Shown: piece after piece, positions 24,602 through 36,270 of the stretch | Layout of the letters: every line of letters starts with the position of its first letter | Numbering within the stretch: position 1 is the stretch's first letter | Origin: Malacoraja senta | Lineage: Eukaryota | DNA length: 60,000 nucleotides | Assembly (NCBI GenBank): GCA_038087875.1 | Contig: CM075987.1 | Location: forward strand, 20,462,001 to 20,522,000 | Direction of reading: 5' to 3' | The notes under the pieces: model-generated | The model's database searches: none | Seen by the model: the letters and a program-made list of their open reading frames with translations, nothing else | What the model was told of the DNA's origin: nothing | Translations under genes and position numbers: made by a program

Positions 24602-24691
24602 GCGGAGCAGGAGTTGCGAGTGGCACAGACGGAGTTTGACCGGCAAGCTGAGGTCACCAGGTTACTGCTGGAGGGTATCAGCAGCACTCAC
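24602..24691 (+). CDS. SH3GLB2: Endophilin B2 coding exon, 90 nt
   Basis: tttgcag|GCG GAG CAG...ACT CAC|gtatgt. Translates AEQELRVAQTEFDRQAEVTRLLLEGISSTH. Confidence 0.97.
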
Positions 24692-24821
24692 GTATGTCAC
24701 TGAATGCAACAGGGAATGCAATTTCTGTTTGTGACAATTTATAATGTTCCATGCCTCTTTGCTTCCTATATTTAAAATGTTCCATGCTTCCTACCAAAAA
24801 GGGTGTGCTGGCTCTGGCTCT

Positions 24822-25102
24822 TCAGGAGCCTGAAGACTGCAACGTCCAGGTTCAGAAATAGCTACTTCCCCACAGCCATCAGGCTATTAAACTCAACTGA
24901 AACAAATCTCTGAACATTAATAGACCATTATCTGTTTATTTGCACTTCATCTGCTTATTTATTGATGTGTGTATATATTTATATAATGGTATATGGACAC
25001 ACTGATATGTTCTGTATTCATGCCTACTCTGTTGTGCTGAAGCAAAGCAAGAATTTCATTGTCCTATCTGGGACCCATGACAATAAACTCTCTTGACTTG
25101 AC
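24822..25102 (+). mobile_element. Rex1/Babar-like LINE 3' end
   Basis: RSLKTATSRFRNSYFPTAIRLLN followed by a UTR ending ACAATAAACTCTCTTGACTTGAC. Confidence 0.65.
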
Positions 25103-25598
25103 ATGGAGAGGGTCCAGAGGAGGTTTTTAATAATGATCCCAGGAATGAGTAGATTAACATATGATGAGCGTTTGACGACACTGGGCCTGTACTCGCTGGA
25201 GTTCAGAAGAATGAGGAGGGGCATCATTTAAACATACAGAACAGCGAAAGGCTTGGATAGAGTGGATGTGTAGAGGATGTTTCCACTAGTGGGAGAGTCG
25301 AGGATTAGAGGTCATGTAGCCTCAGAATTAAAGGATGTTCTTTTAGGAAGATGAGGAGGAATTTCTTTAGTCAGAGAGTGGTGATTCTGTGGAATTCTTT
25401 GCCACAGAAGGCTGTGGAGGCCAAGTCAGGGATATTTTTAAGGCAGAGATAGATAGAATCTTGATTAGTACAGGTGTCAGAGGTTGTGGGGAGAGGGCAG
25501 GAGAATGGGGTTAGGAGGGAGAGATCAGCAATGATTGAATAGCAGAGTAGACTTGATGGGCCGAATGGCCTAATTCTGCTCCGATCACTTATGATCTT
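25103..25598 (+). mobile_element. CR1 LINE 3' fragment
   Basis: GAGAGGGTCCAGAGGAGGTTT...GGCCTGTACTCGCTGGAGTTCAGAAGAATGAGG...GGGCCGAATGGCCTAATTCTGCTCC. Confidence 0.85.
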
Positions 25599-26809
25599 AG
25601 GAAATCCAATGCCGTCTCTGGCACCATTGGATTTATATAGACTTTAAAATGTGGAAATGGGTCATTCACTGAACTGCTTTATATGGTTGTCCATAGCCTA
25701 CATTAACCTCTTTGCCTCACATCATCTCAACCTATCAACATGCTCTTCTGATGTACCTTCCCTCATCTGTTTATCAAGCATTTTAAACACTTGACCCAAC
25801 TGCTCCCTATGGCAGCGAGTCCCTCATTTCAGCTGCACAAACTGCAGTTGAATTCCATACTAAATTTATCAGTGATAATCCATTATTTATAACTCCTAAT
25901 TTCATTTTCTCCCCATCTGCCCTGTTAAGTCCTTTAATAAAATCCAACCTTTCACATGTTTTACTTGTGCTTTGCTTTAAATCTAATATTGAGCTGATAT
26001 CAGCACAAGAGGCTATCGAGCCAGTCCAAAACTCTTGGCAAGTCCCCAGTTGTATAGCACAGAAACAGGCACATCTGCCCTTCACATCTGCCCTTCACAA
26101 TTGCTCTTCACGTCTGCATTGACCGTCAAGCACCCATCTACATTAACCCAATTTTTTGCCTTCTGCATCTGCGTCAACTACCCAGCACCTCCCCAAACTC
26201 TACCCACCCTGATTTTCTATCCAACCATCTACACTAGGGATCCAGTGTGGCTAAGGGAACCCCTCATGGGCACAAGGAGAACGTGTGTGATGTACACAGA
26301 CAGCCTCTGGAGATCAGGATTGAACCCAGATCCCTGGAACTATGAGGAAGCAGCATTACCTGCTGCAGCACTGTGAAGCCCAGTCTAATTAAACTCAATC
26401 CCCTGCTCATACCTTATCGCCCTGCAACTGATTTTTACCCTTTATCTTTCCAAGTATTTAAATGTCCAATTAAAAAAAAAAAAATTGCCAATTATTATTG
26501 AATCTACATTGCAGCAGTTGTCTAGGGTATAGTCTTGGTTCCTTGGTATGATGTGTTATTGCATGTAATGAGGTGGGAGTTACATGGCATGGCTGTACTC
26601 TGATGCTCAGTATTGACCAGGAAAGAGGGTCTGACCAATGTTAAATGGGGAGGAGGCTCAACGGTTTAAAGGATACAGCAGTAACATTAAAACTTTCAGC
26701 AGTTTGTTGAGGACCTCTTGCTGCTGATGGGATACAATTAGAGCCAGTTGGTTGGTAGATTGACACAAAAAGCTGGAGTAACTCAGCGGGACATTTGTTT
26801 AGTAAAGTT

Positions 26810-27050
26810 TAGAGTCCGCACCGACCAGCGATCCCCGCACAGTAACACTATCCTACACACACTATAGACAATTTACATTTACACCAAGCCAATTAACCTA
26901 CAAACCTGTACGTCTTTGGTGTGTGGGAGGAAACCGAAGATCTCGGGGAGAATGTACAATCTCCATACAGACAGCACCTGTAGTCGGGATTGAACCTGGG
27001 TCCCTGGTGCTGTAAGGCAGCAACTCTACCATTGCGCCACCATGCCGCCC
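26810..27050 (-). mobile_element. tRNA-derived SINE (V-SINE-like) with Pol III A and B boxes
   Basis: Minus-strand A box TGGCGCAATGG (27029-27039) and B box GGTTCAATCCC (26986-26996). Central domain TTTCCTCCCACAC...AAAGAC. Confidence 0.85.
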
Positions 27051-27243
27051 TTCCACCTGAAATAAATATTTCCTGCAAAAGGACTGTCCCCCCTCTTACT
27101 TCCGAATTAATCCAGAGACTACCCTGCCTGAATGATACATCAGGGGGAGATTATGTTGCCATTGCTTTATGGTCTGAATAGAAAGTAATATTCAATTGAA
27201 TAATTCAAAGCAACAGATTGTGGTTGTAGAAACAAGTTGAAAC

Positions 27244-27277
<34 letters not shown>

Positions 27278-27287
27278 CTCTCTACAG

Positions 27288-27388
27288 ATCAACCACCTGC
27301 GCTGTCTGCATGAGTTTGTGGAGGCTCAGGCCACATATTATGCCCAGTGTTATCAGTATACAGTCGACCTGCAGAAACTACTGGGCAG
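27288..27388 (+). CDS. SH3GLB2: Endophilin B2 coding exon, 101 nt (end of BAR domain)
   Basis: ctacag|ATC AAC CAC...CTG GGC AG|gtaagc. Translates INHLRCLHEFVEAQATYYAQCYQYTVDLQKLLG and ends in phase 2. Confidence 0.96.
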
Positions 27389-28047
27389 GTAAGCAGCTGC
27401 AGCACCAAATTAAGTATTCAGAAGCAATAATTCGAGTTTATTTCAAACACTCCATGCGACATGTACAGACTCTGGGTGCTGTTATTAGGAACATTAGATC
27501 TGCCGGAACGACACAATAAATCTCACCTCTGCAGTGGCACCCATGTCCAGAGATTAAATGAATCATTCAAGGCTACATTAGAGGGCATGTCTAATCATAG
27601 TGATGGTAGTTATGTTAGTTAACTGATAAATCCAAGTGTTCAAATCCAAAACTTGTATCAGTAAAAGGAACCATGGAATTGGGGTAAAACCCCTTCATTA
27701 ATGTTCTTTAGGAAGGAATCTTATCGTTAAGGCCTGTGTATGACTTCATCCAATACTTGCTTGATAGACCTACTGTCTGAAACCGTCTAGCAAGACACTC
27801 CATTATACCAGCAGACATGTGGGGCTGCACCAGGCCAGCGACAAGTGCACAGCAAATGAAGTTAAACTGCTTACACTGGTAAAACAACACTAAATATTAA
27901 GCATGTGAAGAAATGTAAAACCATTTACCATCTAACATGTGATTGGAGAGCCATGTTTTTGAATTTGTTTGCAAACAATTAATGAATGAATACATTCTAT
28001 ATAAATATCTCCCTGCATTTTTGAATGTCTCTTTTGCGTATGTTCCA

Positions 28048-28449
28048 TAGAAACATAGAAAATAGGTGCAGGAGTAGGCCATTCGGCCCTTCGAGCCTGC
28101 ACCGCCATTCAATATGATCATGGCTGATCATCCAACTCAGTATCCTGTACCTGCTTTCTCTCCATACCCCCTGATCCCTTTAGCCACAAGGGCCACATCT
28201 AACTCCCTCTTAAATATAGCCAATGAACTGGCCTCAACTACCTTCTGTGGCAGAGAATTCCAGAGATTCACCACTCTCTGTGTAAAAAATGATCTTCTCA
28301 TCTCGGTCCTAAAAGATTTCCCCCTTATCCTTAAACTGTGACCCCTTGTTCTGGACTCCCCCAACATCGGGAACAATCTTCCTGCATCTAGCCTGTCCAA
28401 CCCCTTAAGAATTTTGTAAGTTTCTATAAGATCCCCCCTCAATCTTCTA
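28048..28449 (-). mobile_element. Young CR1 LINE 3' fragment
   Basis: RRLRGDLIETYKILKGLDRLDAGRLFPMLG...GYGEKAGTGY* followed by the 3'UTR and a TTTCTATG tail. Confidence 0.93.
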
Positions 28450-28775
28450 TAGATATGAGATCCCCCCATACTCTGCTTCTCTCCCTACATCTACACAGTG
28501 TCTGGGTCACCGATTATCTGTCACTGAATCTGATTGTCTAGCTCTTTATTTCTCCCTCTACTTAGTGTAAGTCACTCTTGAATAGGGAGGTACTGAAGTT
28601 AACATCTAATTGTTAATTGCACCATCCTCAGCCGATGAGACAGGTTGAGCAGAGGATCCGGAGCTAATATTGTTTTTTCGCAGCACCAGGCTGCATCTCA
28701 GTAGTGACCTTTCAAGAAAGGCTGTTCTTTAAATATTTTTATAACCTCATTATGATTTTCATTTCATGCTTTCAG

Positions 28776-28790
28776 CTCCGATGGTGAAAT
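28776..28790 (+). CDS. SH3GLB2: Endophilin B2 15-nt microexon (gives ...LG-SSDGEM-FPG...)
   Basis: catgctttcag|CTCCGATGGTGAAAT|gtaagt. Phase 2/2 fits both neighbouring exons. Resembles the SSQGAI insert recalled for mammalian isoforms. Confidence 0.83.
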
Positions 28791-29049
28791 GTAAGTATAA
28801 ATCTTGGATTTATGATATAATGCGTAACCAGTGAAAACTCCTGTCTATGATAACAAAGAGAGATAATTTCAGCACTTTAATCTGTATCTGCCCACCTTCC
28901 ATGAAACTAAAACCTCCTTTCGTATTTCATCTCCCTTCCTTGCATGGAGGAGTATTTCTCCCATCCAGTAAAACCCATGACTTGCAGTCTTGACTGTATT
29001 GAAAGTAACACATCGGGACCTTGGGTGTAAACTGATACACGTGAACAGT

Positions 29050-29183
29050 GCAGGAAGAAACTGCAAATTTTGGTTTAAACCGAAGATAGACACAAAAAGC
29101 TGGAATAACGCAGCGGGCCAGACAGCATCTCTGGAGAAAAGGAATAGGTGACGTTTCGGGTCGAGACTCATCTTCAGACTCTT
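29050..29183 (-). mobile_element. Penelope-derived short insert with hammerhead motif (29147-29180, -)
   Basis: Minus strand AGT-CTGAAGA-T-GAGT CTCG ACCC-GAAA-CG-TC-ACC. TSD-like CACGTGAA(C/G)AGT at 29038-29049 and 29184-29195. Confidence 0.8.
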
Positions 29184-29202
29184 CACGTGAAGAGTCCTGT
29201 TC

Positions 29203-29869
29203 AGGCAGCAGGCAGTGAAGAAAGCGAATGGTATGTTGACTTTCATAGCAAGAGGATTTGAGTATAGGAGCAGGGAGGTTCTACTGCAGTTGTACAGGGT
29301 CTTGGTGAGACCACACCTGGAGTATTGCGTACAGTTTTGGTCTCCAAATCTGAGGAAGGACATTATAGCCATAGAGGGAGTGCAGAGAAGGTTCACCAGA
29401 CTGATTCCTGGGATGTCAGGACTTTCATATGAAGAAAGACTGGATAGACTTGGCTTATACTCGCTAGAATTTAGGAGATTGAGAGGGGATCTTATAGAAA
29501 CGTACAAAATTTTTATGGGGTTGGACAGGCTAGATGCAGGAAGATTGTTCCCGATGTTGGGGAAGTCCAGGACAAGGGGTCACAGCTTAAGGATAAGGGG
29601 GAAATCCTTTAAGACCGAGATGAGGAAAAACGTTTTCACACAGAGAGTGGTGAATCTCTGGAACTCTCTGCCACAGAGGGTAGTTGAGGCCAGTTCATTG
29701 GCTATATTTAAGAGGGAGTTAGATGTGGCTAAGGGGATCAGGGGGTATGGAGAGAAGGCAGGTACGGGATACTGAGTTGGATGATCAGCCATGAACATAT
29801 TGAATGGCAGTGCAGGCTCGAAGGGCCAAATGGCCTATTCCTGCACCTATTTTCTATGATTCTATGATT
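29203..29869 (+). mobile_element. Young CR1 LINE 3' fragment
   Basis: 186-aa ORF KKANGMLTFIARGFEYRSREVLLQLYRVLVRPHLEYCVQFWSP...GTGY* followed by the 3'UTR. Confidence 0.95.
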
Positions 29870-30686
29870 CACCTGCAGCCAATGTTGAGCAGCTTTATAG
29901 AGTTAATCCTCACGACCTGTGTGTTCACCACTGTGCCACTGGTTCAATGGCTGACTTGCCCAAGCCTGCTTTCGTGTCATAACCCAAGGATCAATTCAAA
30001 CAAGGTAAACGGTCAAGAAATTGCGTATTTGTGGCTAGCACTGAGCTGAAGGTGAGGCAAGATATTTATTATACAGAAAACAAACCCAATTTACTCGAGA
30101 GCTAAGGAAACAATTTGCAGTAAATCCACCCAATAAAAGGACAACTTCTACAGAAAACGCAGTGTGAAATATTGTTGCACATCACTTATGTGCATAAAAT
30201 CTTTCCCTATCTTACACTCGCCTGCTTTTCATCTCTAGACTTTGCCCACCCATCTGCCAATAAACCCCCCCCCCCTCACCTGTATTCACTTGCCAGACTT
30301 TATCCTGTCCCCAACCTATTTTCCAGCTTTCCCCCCCTACTATGATCCAAAATATCGCCTGCCCATTCCCACCACAGATGCCTGACCTCCTGAGCTCCTC
30401 CGGCACTTTGTATTTTACGCAAGATTCCAGCATCTGCAGTTCCTCGTTCATCACCTTACTGGTTCACCCTTACATTTTACCATCCTTGGCAGCCAGTTGT
30501 AATCAGATCTTGTCATGTGAAAAGCCTGGAAACATGTGACCTTACCCACCATAAACTACACTCAGACACTAATATATCTTCTCAATTTAGTTAAATGTCT
30601 TTGCGTTAGTTAACTAGAGCTGCAAACCTGTGTTGTGATTTACATTTCATTGTGAAGTGATGGGGCTGACCTTGCCTCTGTTTCAG

Positions 30687-30918
30687 GTTCCCCGGTGCAT
30701 TTGTGGGCGATACCAACACACAGGTTCCACCCAGTGGTGTTTCCCCCTCTGCTGCAACCATCCCTGTGGTCCCAGCAGAGGTAGGGCTTTGCAACCCATC
30801 AACATCCTCGATGACGTTCACTGAAGTGAGCCCCCCTTCCACTGGGACAAGGAAGGCTCGTGTTCTCTACGACTATGATGCAGCTGACTCCAATGAGCTT
30901 GAGCTTCTCGCTGATGAG
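30687..30918 (+). CDS. SH3GLB2: Endophilin B2 coding exon, 232 nt (linker and start of SH3)
   Basis: tttcag|G TTC CCC GGT GCA TTT...GAT GAG|gtgagt. Translates FPGAFVG...TGTRKARVLYDYDAADSNELELLADE. Confidence 0.97.
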
Positions 30919-31734
30919 GTGAGTCTCCATTGAGTTGTTCCTCAGGGGCTTCCTCGACTCGATCACTGTTATCCTCATCTTCCACAAGTGGACAGCGGCT
31001 TTTTAAAAAAGCTAACATTTCACATCCATATCGTGGTGCAGACACACATCAACCACAGTTTTGTTGAATATTCGATCAAGCTCAGTTGGTTGCTTGAGGG
31101 TGCACGGGTTACGGGGAGAAGGCAGGAAAATGGGATTAGGAGGCAGAGATCAGCCATGATTGAATGGCAGAGTAGACTCGATGATCCGAATGGCCTAATT
31201 CTACTCCTATAACTTGTGAACTTGCTTGTGATATCGTTTATCATAATGAACTTGGATTTCCCTGTATTAATTAATTCTGCTCGATAGCATCTCCACTTTT
31301 TTTTTTAAAGCTATCCCAATGTTTTTTTAAAGATTTGTAACCAAATGAGCTGATAACTATCCAGCGTGTTTGTTCTTTCATTGACAGAATACATTTAATT
31401 TTAATTTGTGCACAAACATCCCTAGTGGAATCATAACACCTATTTTTCAGCAAGTGGATCTTGTATTGATTTGATTGAAGAGTAGATTATGATTTGTACA
31501 GCATTGTAACGTGGTTGTAAACAAGTATCACTTGCCTCAATGATCATTATTTTACTGTATTGTGAGATTAAGCCAAATTAGAGTATTGAGGATCAAGGAT
31601 AATTTGCGCTTGGATGTAATTCAGTCTTCATTTTAAGGTCATATGATCTGACCTTATTTCCTTTATAAATTGCTCTCCATGTTTCCAATGGGCCCAGGCT
31701 GCCTATATGTCACATAATACTATATACCTCCTGC

Positions 31735-32263
31735 AAAACACAAAGTGTTGGAGGAACTCAGCATGTTAGGCAGCATCTGGGGAGGGAATGGACAGGCAAC
31801 ATTTCAGGTCAGGACCCGTTCTGAAATGACATCTGTTCATTCCCTCAGCAGATGCTGCCTGATCCACTGAGTTACCCCAGCAATTTCTGTTTTGTTCAAG
31901 ATTCTAGCATCTGCAGTCTCCAGTGTTACAATTATATCGTTTAGTTTTGTTCCCAGATACAGCATGGAAACAGGCCCTTTGGCCCAGCAAGTCCACGCTG
32001 CCCATCAATCACACCAGTTTCATGTTATCCCACTTTCTCACCAAATTTCCTGCATATTAAGGGCACTTTTTTCAGAGACCAATTAACCTATAAACCGCAT
32101 ATCTTTGGGATATGGGAGGAAACCGTATCACTTGGAGGAAGCTCACTCACATGGTCATGGGGAGAATGTGCAAACTCCACTTAGACAGGACCCGAGGTCA
32201 GGATCGAACCCAGGTCTCTGGAGCTGTGAGGCAGCAGCTCTACCAGCTGCGCCACTCTGCCAC
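31735..32263. mobile_element. Old fold-back Penelope-derived repeat (about 31735-31920) followed by a minus-strand tRNA-derived SINE (about 31940-32263)
   Basis: Inverted arms GGAACTCAGC...GGCAGCATCTG and CAGATGCTGCC...CTGAGTTACCCCAGCA. SINE B-box-like GGGTTCGATCC on the minus strand. Confidence 0.7.
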
Positions 32264-32339
32264 CTTAAATACATCACCTGGAATGTTGTAAAGTCCATGG
32301 CTACAACGGCAAAATGATGGATTGTATTATTTAATCAGA

Positions 32340-33635
32340 TGCACACATGCCTGAAAGTGGTGACACTGGTAGATAGGGTGGTCAGGAAGACCCTCATACA
32401 TTGACCTTCAACAGTAAGGGTACTGAGTATAGAACTTGGAACGTTCTGTTACAGTTGGACAAGACGTTGGTGAGGCAGCATTTGGGATATTATGTTCAGT
32501 TTTGGTGACCCAGCTATAGGAAGGATGTCATTAATCTGGAAAGAGCAGAGACTGGATTTGGAATAGTGCAGACACATTTTGGAATATTGTGAGCAGTTTT
32601 GGGCTGCATATCTGGGGAAGGATGTGTTGGTGTTGGAGAGGGTCCAGAGGAGGTTTATGAGGTTGATCCCAGAGATATGATTGGGTTAATGTATGAGGAG
32701 CATTTGATGTCTCTGGGCCTGTACTCACAGGAGTTTAGAAGGATGAGGGGGGAATCTCATTGAAAACTATTGAATAATGAAAGGCCTAGATAGAGTGGAT
32801 ACGGAGTGGATGTTTCCAGTTGTGGGAGAGTCCATAAGACCAGAGGGCACAGCCTCAGAGTAAAGGAACGTACCTTTATAATGGAGATGAGGAGGAAGTT
32901 CTTCAGCCAGAGAGTGGTGAATCTGTGGAATTCATTGCCATAGATAGCTGTGCAGGCCAAGTCATTGCGTATATTTTTAAAGCGGAGATGGATATGTTCT
33001 TGATTGGTAAGGGTGTCAAAGGTTACTGGGAGAAGGCGAATGTTACTGGGAGAGGGAAAAATAGATCAGCTATGATGGAATGGTAGAGCAGACTTGATGG
33101 GTCGAATGGCCTAATTCTGCTCTTATGTCTTGGGAACTTATGACGATTTACGAAGATGTCGCCAGGACTTGAGAGCTTGAGCTAAAGGGAGGGGTTGGGC
33201 AGGCTAAGACTTTATTCCTTGGCATGTAGCAGGCTGAGGGGTGATCTTGTAGAGATGTATAAACATGCACAGAATATATAGTGACTTTTACATAGAACCC
33301 GAGGACATAGGTTTAAAGTGAGAGGAGATAGATTTAATAGGAACCTGAGGGGCATTTGTTCACTTAGAGGGTGATGGGTAAATGGAATGAGCTGCCACAG
33401 GGTATTTGAGAAAGGGACTAGAACAGCACTTAAAAGACAAATGGCAACTCAAATTTCACTACACCAATTGGTGTATGTGACAATAAATGTCCTTTGTCCT
33501 TTGTTTGAGAGACATGGATAGGAAAGGTTTAGAGGTATATGGGCCGAATGTGGGCAAGTGGGACAAGCTTAGATGAAGCATCTTGGTCGGCAGGGGCAAG
33601 TTGGGCCGAAGGGCCTGTTTCCGTGCTGTGTGACC
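32340..33635 (+). mobile_element. Nested CR1 fragments filling most of the last SH3GLB2 intron
   Basis: Two CR1 subfamily 3' ends, one at about 32570-33140 nested inside the other. The last 3'UTR ends about 40 nt before the final exon acceptor. Confidence 0.8.
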
Positions 33636-33675
33636 CTGTCAACTGAACGACTTCTTTCAATGTTTGACTTTGCAG

Positions 33676-33783
33676 CTCATTACAGTGTATAGTCTGCCGG
33701 GAATGGATTCTGATTGGCTGATGGGAGAAAAAGGCAACAAGAAAGGGAAGGTACCTGTCACGTACCTGGAGCTGCTGAACTAA
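33676..33783 (+). CDS. SH3GLB2: Endophilin B2 last coding exon (SH3 C-terminus and stop)
   Basis: tttgcag|CTC ATT ACA GTG...CTG AAC TAA. Translates LITVYSLPGMDSDWLMGEKGNKKGKVPVTYLELLN*. Confidence 0.97.
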   Translation, partial: LITVYSLPGMDSDWLMGEKGNKKGKVPVTYLELLN

Positions 33784-34959
33784 CATCCTGTCACCACCTC
33801 TGCCCAACGTGAAGGCTCAACACATGCAGAAACTCCACACCGACATTCACACACTCACCAACCTCATTTCATTCATTCCAAACTCTTTCTGGTGACTTCA
33901 GTTGTACCAGAAAGCTGCAAAAAGTGTGCAAATAGTTGATAATGCCATTTTTTAAATTATTTTGTTCCAATTTAAAATATCACAAACCTGTATTGAAATG
34001 TCACTTTTGAACCACTTGCTTGGAAAAGCCCGATTATAATTTATAATGAGACAATGGACATCTGTGGAAACGAGCATTGAGCTTAATGGTTGCATGGTTT
34101 GCTCATGGATGCTTTTCTAGTGCACACACTGAAGAATCCCTTAAAACAGGTTTGCCCAGTTTGCAGAACTCCATTGATGTATCTGGCCCTATCATGTAAC
34201 AACTCATGTCATCAAGAGCCAGTCAGGTAGATTGTTTTTACCCAGTAAAGATGGGAGAAAATAAAGTTGAGACTCCTGTGCAGGTTTACAACAAGCCTTC
34301 AAACACTAAGTGTGTACACACCTGGAAGATGATTTACTTTTAAAGAAGAATGTTACGTCCTCCACAAGGAACTTGCTTGTCATTTAAATCCAAGGAGTTA
34401 TTATGTTTTGAATTTTCTTAAGGGCTTGCAAGTGTACAGTGTCTCTACATCGGAGGTAGTGGGGCAAAGCTGATGCTTAGCAGAGTCCGAGAAAGTTAAC
34501 TATTTGTGTTTGGACGTGGAGATGAGCAAAGAGTAACTACACTGAATGATGCTCTTCAATGGCCAATACTGTTATCATGAGTCAAACATGTTCCATTCAC
34601 TCTCCTGATCACAAGAAATGTCAGATGCAATTATATTTAAAACTAAACACACGATTTAGATTAAATCAATTTTACACAATAATTCTCTTTTTGTAATTTA
34701 ATTTTTTAGGATAATTTCTGTTTCAAAATGATTTTAAGTTAATGGAATTGAACACTTAAGGGCATTGGAATTGTAGTTTTTGTCCTCTTCCTGTTGGGTA
34801 TAAATGTTCACTCCTTGTGTAAATGTATAATGCAAGGTCCTGGTCGTGTGTTCATACCCTGGCTAGTAATGTCTGCATCAATGTGTACCAACTCCTTCAA
34901 TCCGATTTGGGTGTATTTGCTGCCTGTTAATGCTGTACTACACATAGTGAATGAACTTT

Positions 34960-34965
34960 AATAAA
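34960..34965 (+). terminator. Probable SH3GLB2 polyadenylation signal
   Basis: AATAAA at the end of about 1.2 kb of repeat-free, AU-rich sequence after the stop, with TGTA motifs upstream. A second AATAAA lies at 34260-34265. Confidence 0.55.
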
Positions 34966-35289
34966 GCATTCCTTAACCAGCCTCTCTTCATGTAGATTTT
35001 CATTCTCAAACATCTTGCTTCCATCCTGTTACAGTGTGTTAATACAAGGTATTGCTGTGCGGATTCATGAACAGAAACATGATGCTGTTGTCTTGTTGAA
35101 GAAGTCGCAACTCCAGCGAGCGGGTTAGAGGAAGGACCCAGTCGCAGGTGGTATTAGCGTATTGTTTGAAGGAGTTACTAATCACGTTTCCTAAACTGTA
35201 TTTGTGTGCATCCTTTATCAATAGTTTTTTAAATGAGGTCAGATTTACACAGACAGCCCCAGCACAGCCCATCTAATTCGTAACCCCAC

Positions 35290-36270
35290 AGTAATCTGGA
35301 CTACACCTCCCATCTTTCCTCTTGCAATGATACCATCCCCTACTCTCAATTTCTCCACCTCTGCCCCCAAGATAAGGCTTTCCACTCTACGACATCCAAG
35401 ACGTCCCCTTTCTTTGGTAAACGTGGTTTCTCCCTCCCCCCATCCCTGCTGACCTAGGTTGATCCCTCACCAGCGTCTCCTCTGTATCCCTTAGTTTTGC
35501 CCTCGTTCACCCTCCCTCTAGATGAAACAAGGATAGTTTCCTTGGTCCACGCCTTTCATCCCACCAGCCTCAGCATCCAACACATCATTCTCCAATATTT
35601 CCGTCACCTCCAATGTGATGCCACCACCAGTCACGTCTTCCCCTTTCTGCAGAGAATGTTCCCTCCGCAACTCCTTGCTTCACTCATCCCTTCCCAGTCC
35701 CTATACCTCGTCCTCACCTACATCCAGGGAACCCAGCAGTCCTTCCAGGTGTGACAGAGGTTCACATGTACCTCCTCTAACCTCATATACTGCATCTGGT
35801 GTTCCTGATATGGCCTCCTGTACATCGGCAAGACCAAGCATAGACTCAGTTACCATTTCACACTTGCACTCGGTCCGCCAAGGTCTACTGGATCTCCTAG
35901 TTGGTAACCATTTTAACTCTGCTTCCTATTCCCATACCTGTACGCGCACCAATTTCTCCCCACCCCCTTCCTTTCCATCTAGATTCCTTCCTCTAGCTTC
36001 ACAAATTGTAACTCTTCAATCTTTTTGTCTCGCACCTGTCTTTGTATCTCTGGCCTTTGTCCAACCATCTGCCTATCCAAATCACCCCTCGCCTATATCC
36101 ACCTATTACCTGCCCGGCTTTGTCCACGCCTCATCTCTTCCAGGTTTCTACCCCCCCCCCCCCCAAGCACAGTCAGGCTGAAGCAGTGTCCTGACCCCAA
36201 AAGTCACCTATCTGTGTTCTCCAGAGATGCCGCTTTGCCAGCTGAGTTACTCCAGCATTTAGCGTCACTT
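35290..36270 (+). mobile_element. Degenerate Penelope-like element (RT thumb, GIY-YIG, terminal repeat)
   Basis: LDYTSH, IPYSQFL, SLVHAFHPTS, LQYFRHLQCDATT, SNLIYCIWCS*YGLLYIGKTK. Parallels the 947-1879 element but carries stops and frameshifts. Confidence 0.85.

Noticed and set aside
26980..27050. tRNA gene
   Set aside because: A and B boxes are present but continue into a SINE body repeated elsewhere in the window; no complete cloverleaf could be built.
28869..29507. 212-aa minus-strand ORF
   Set aside because: Runs across antisense CR1 and a Penelope-derived repeat; a chimeric chance ORF.
8594..33783. Assignment to SH3GLB1 (endophilin B1)
   Set aside because: PDFQETRPRNY, AEQELRVAQTEFDRQAEVTR and LITVYSLPGMD match B2 better, and linkage to PRRT1B agrees.
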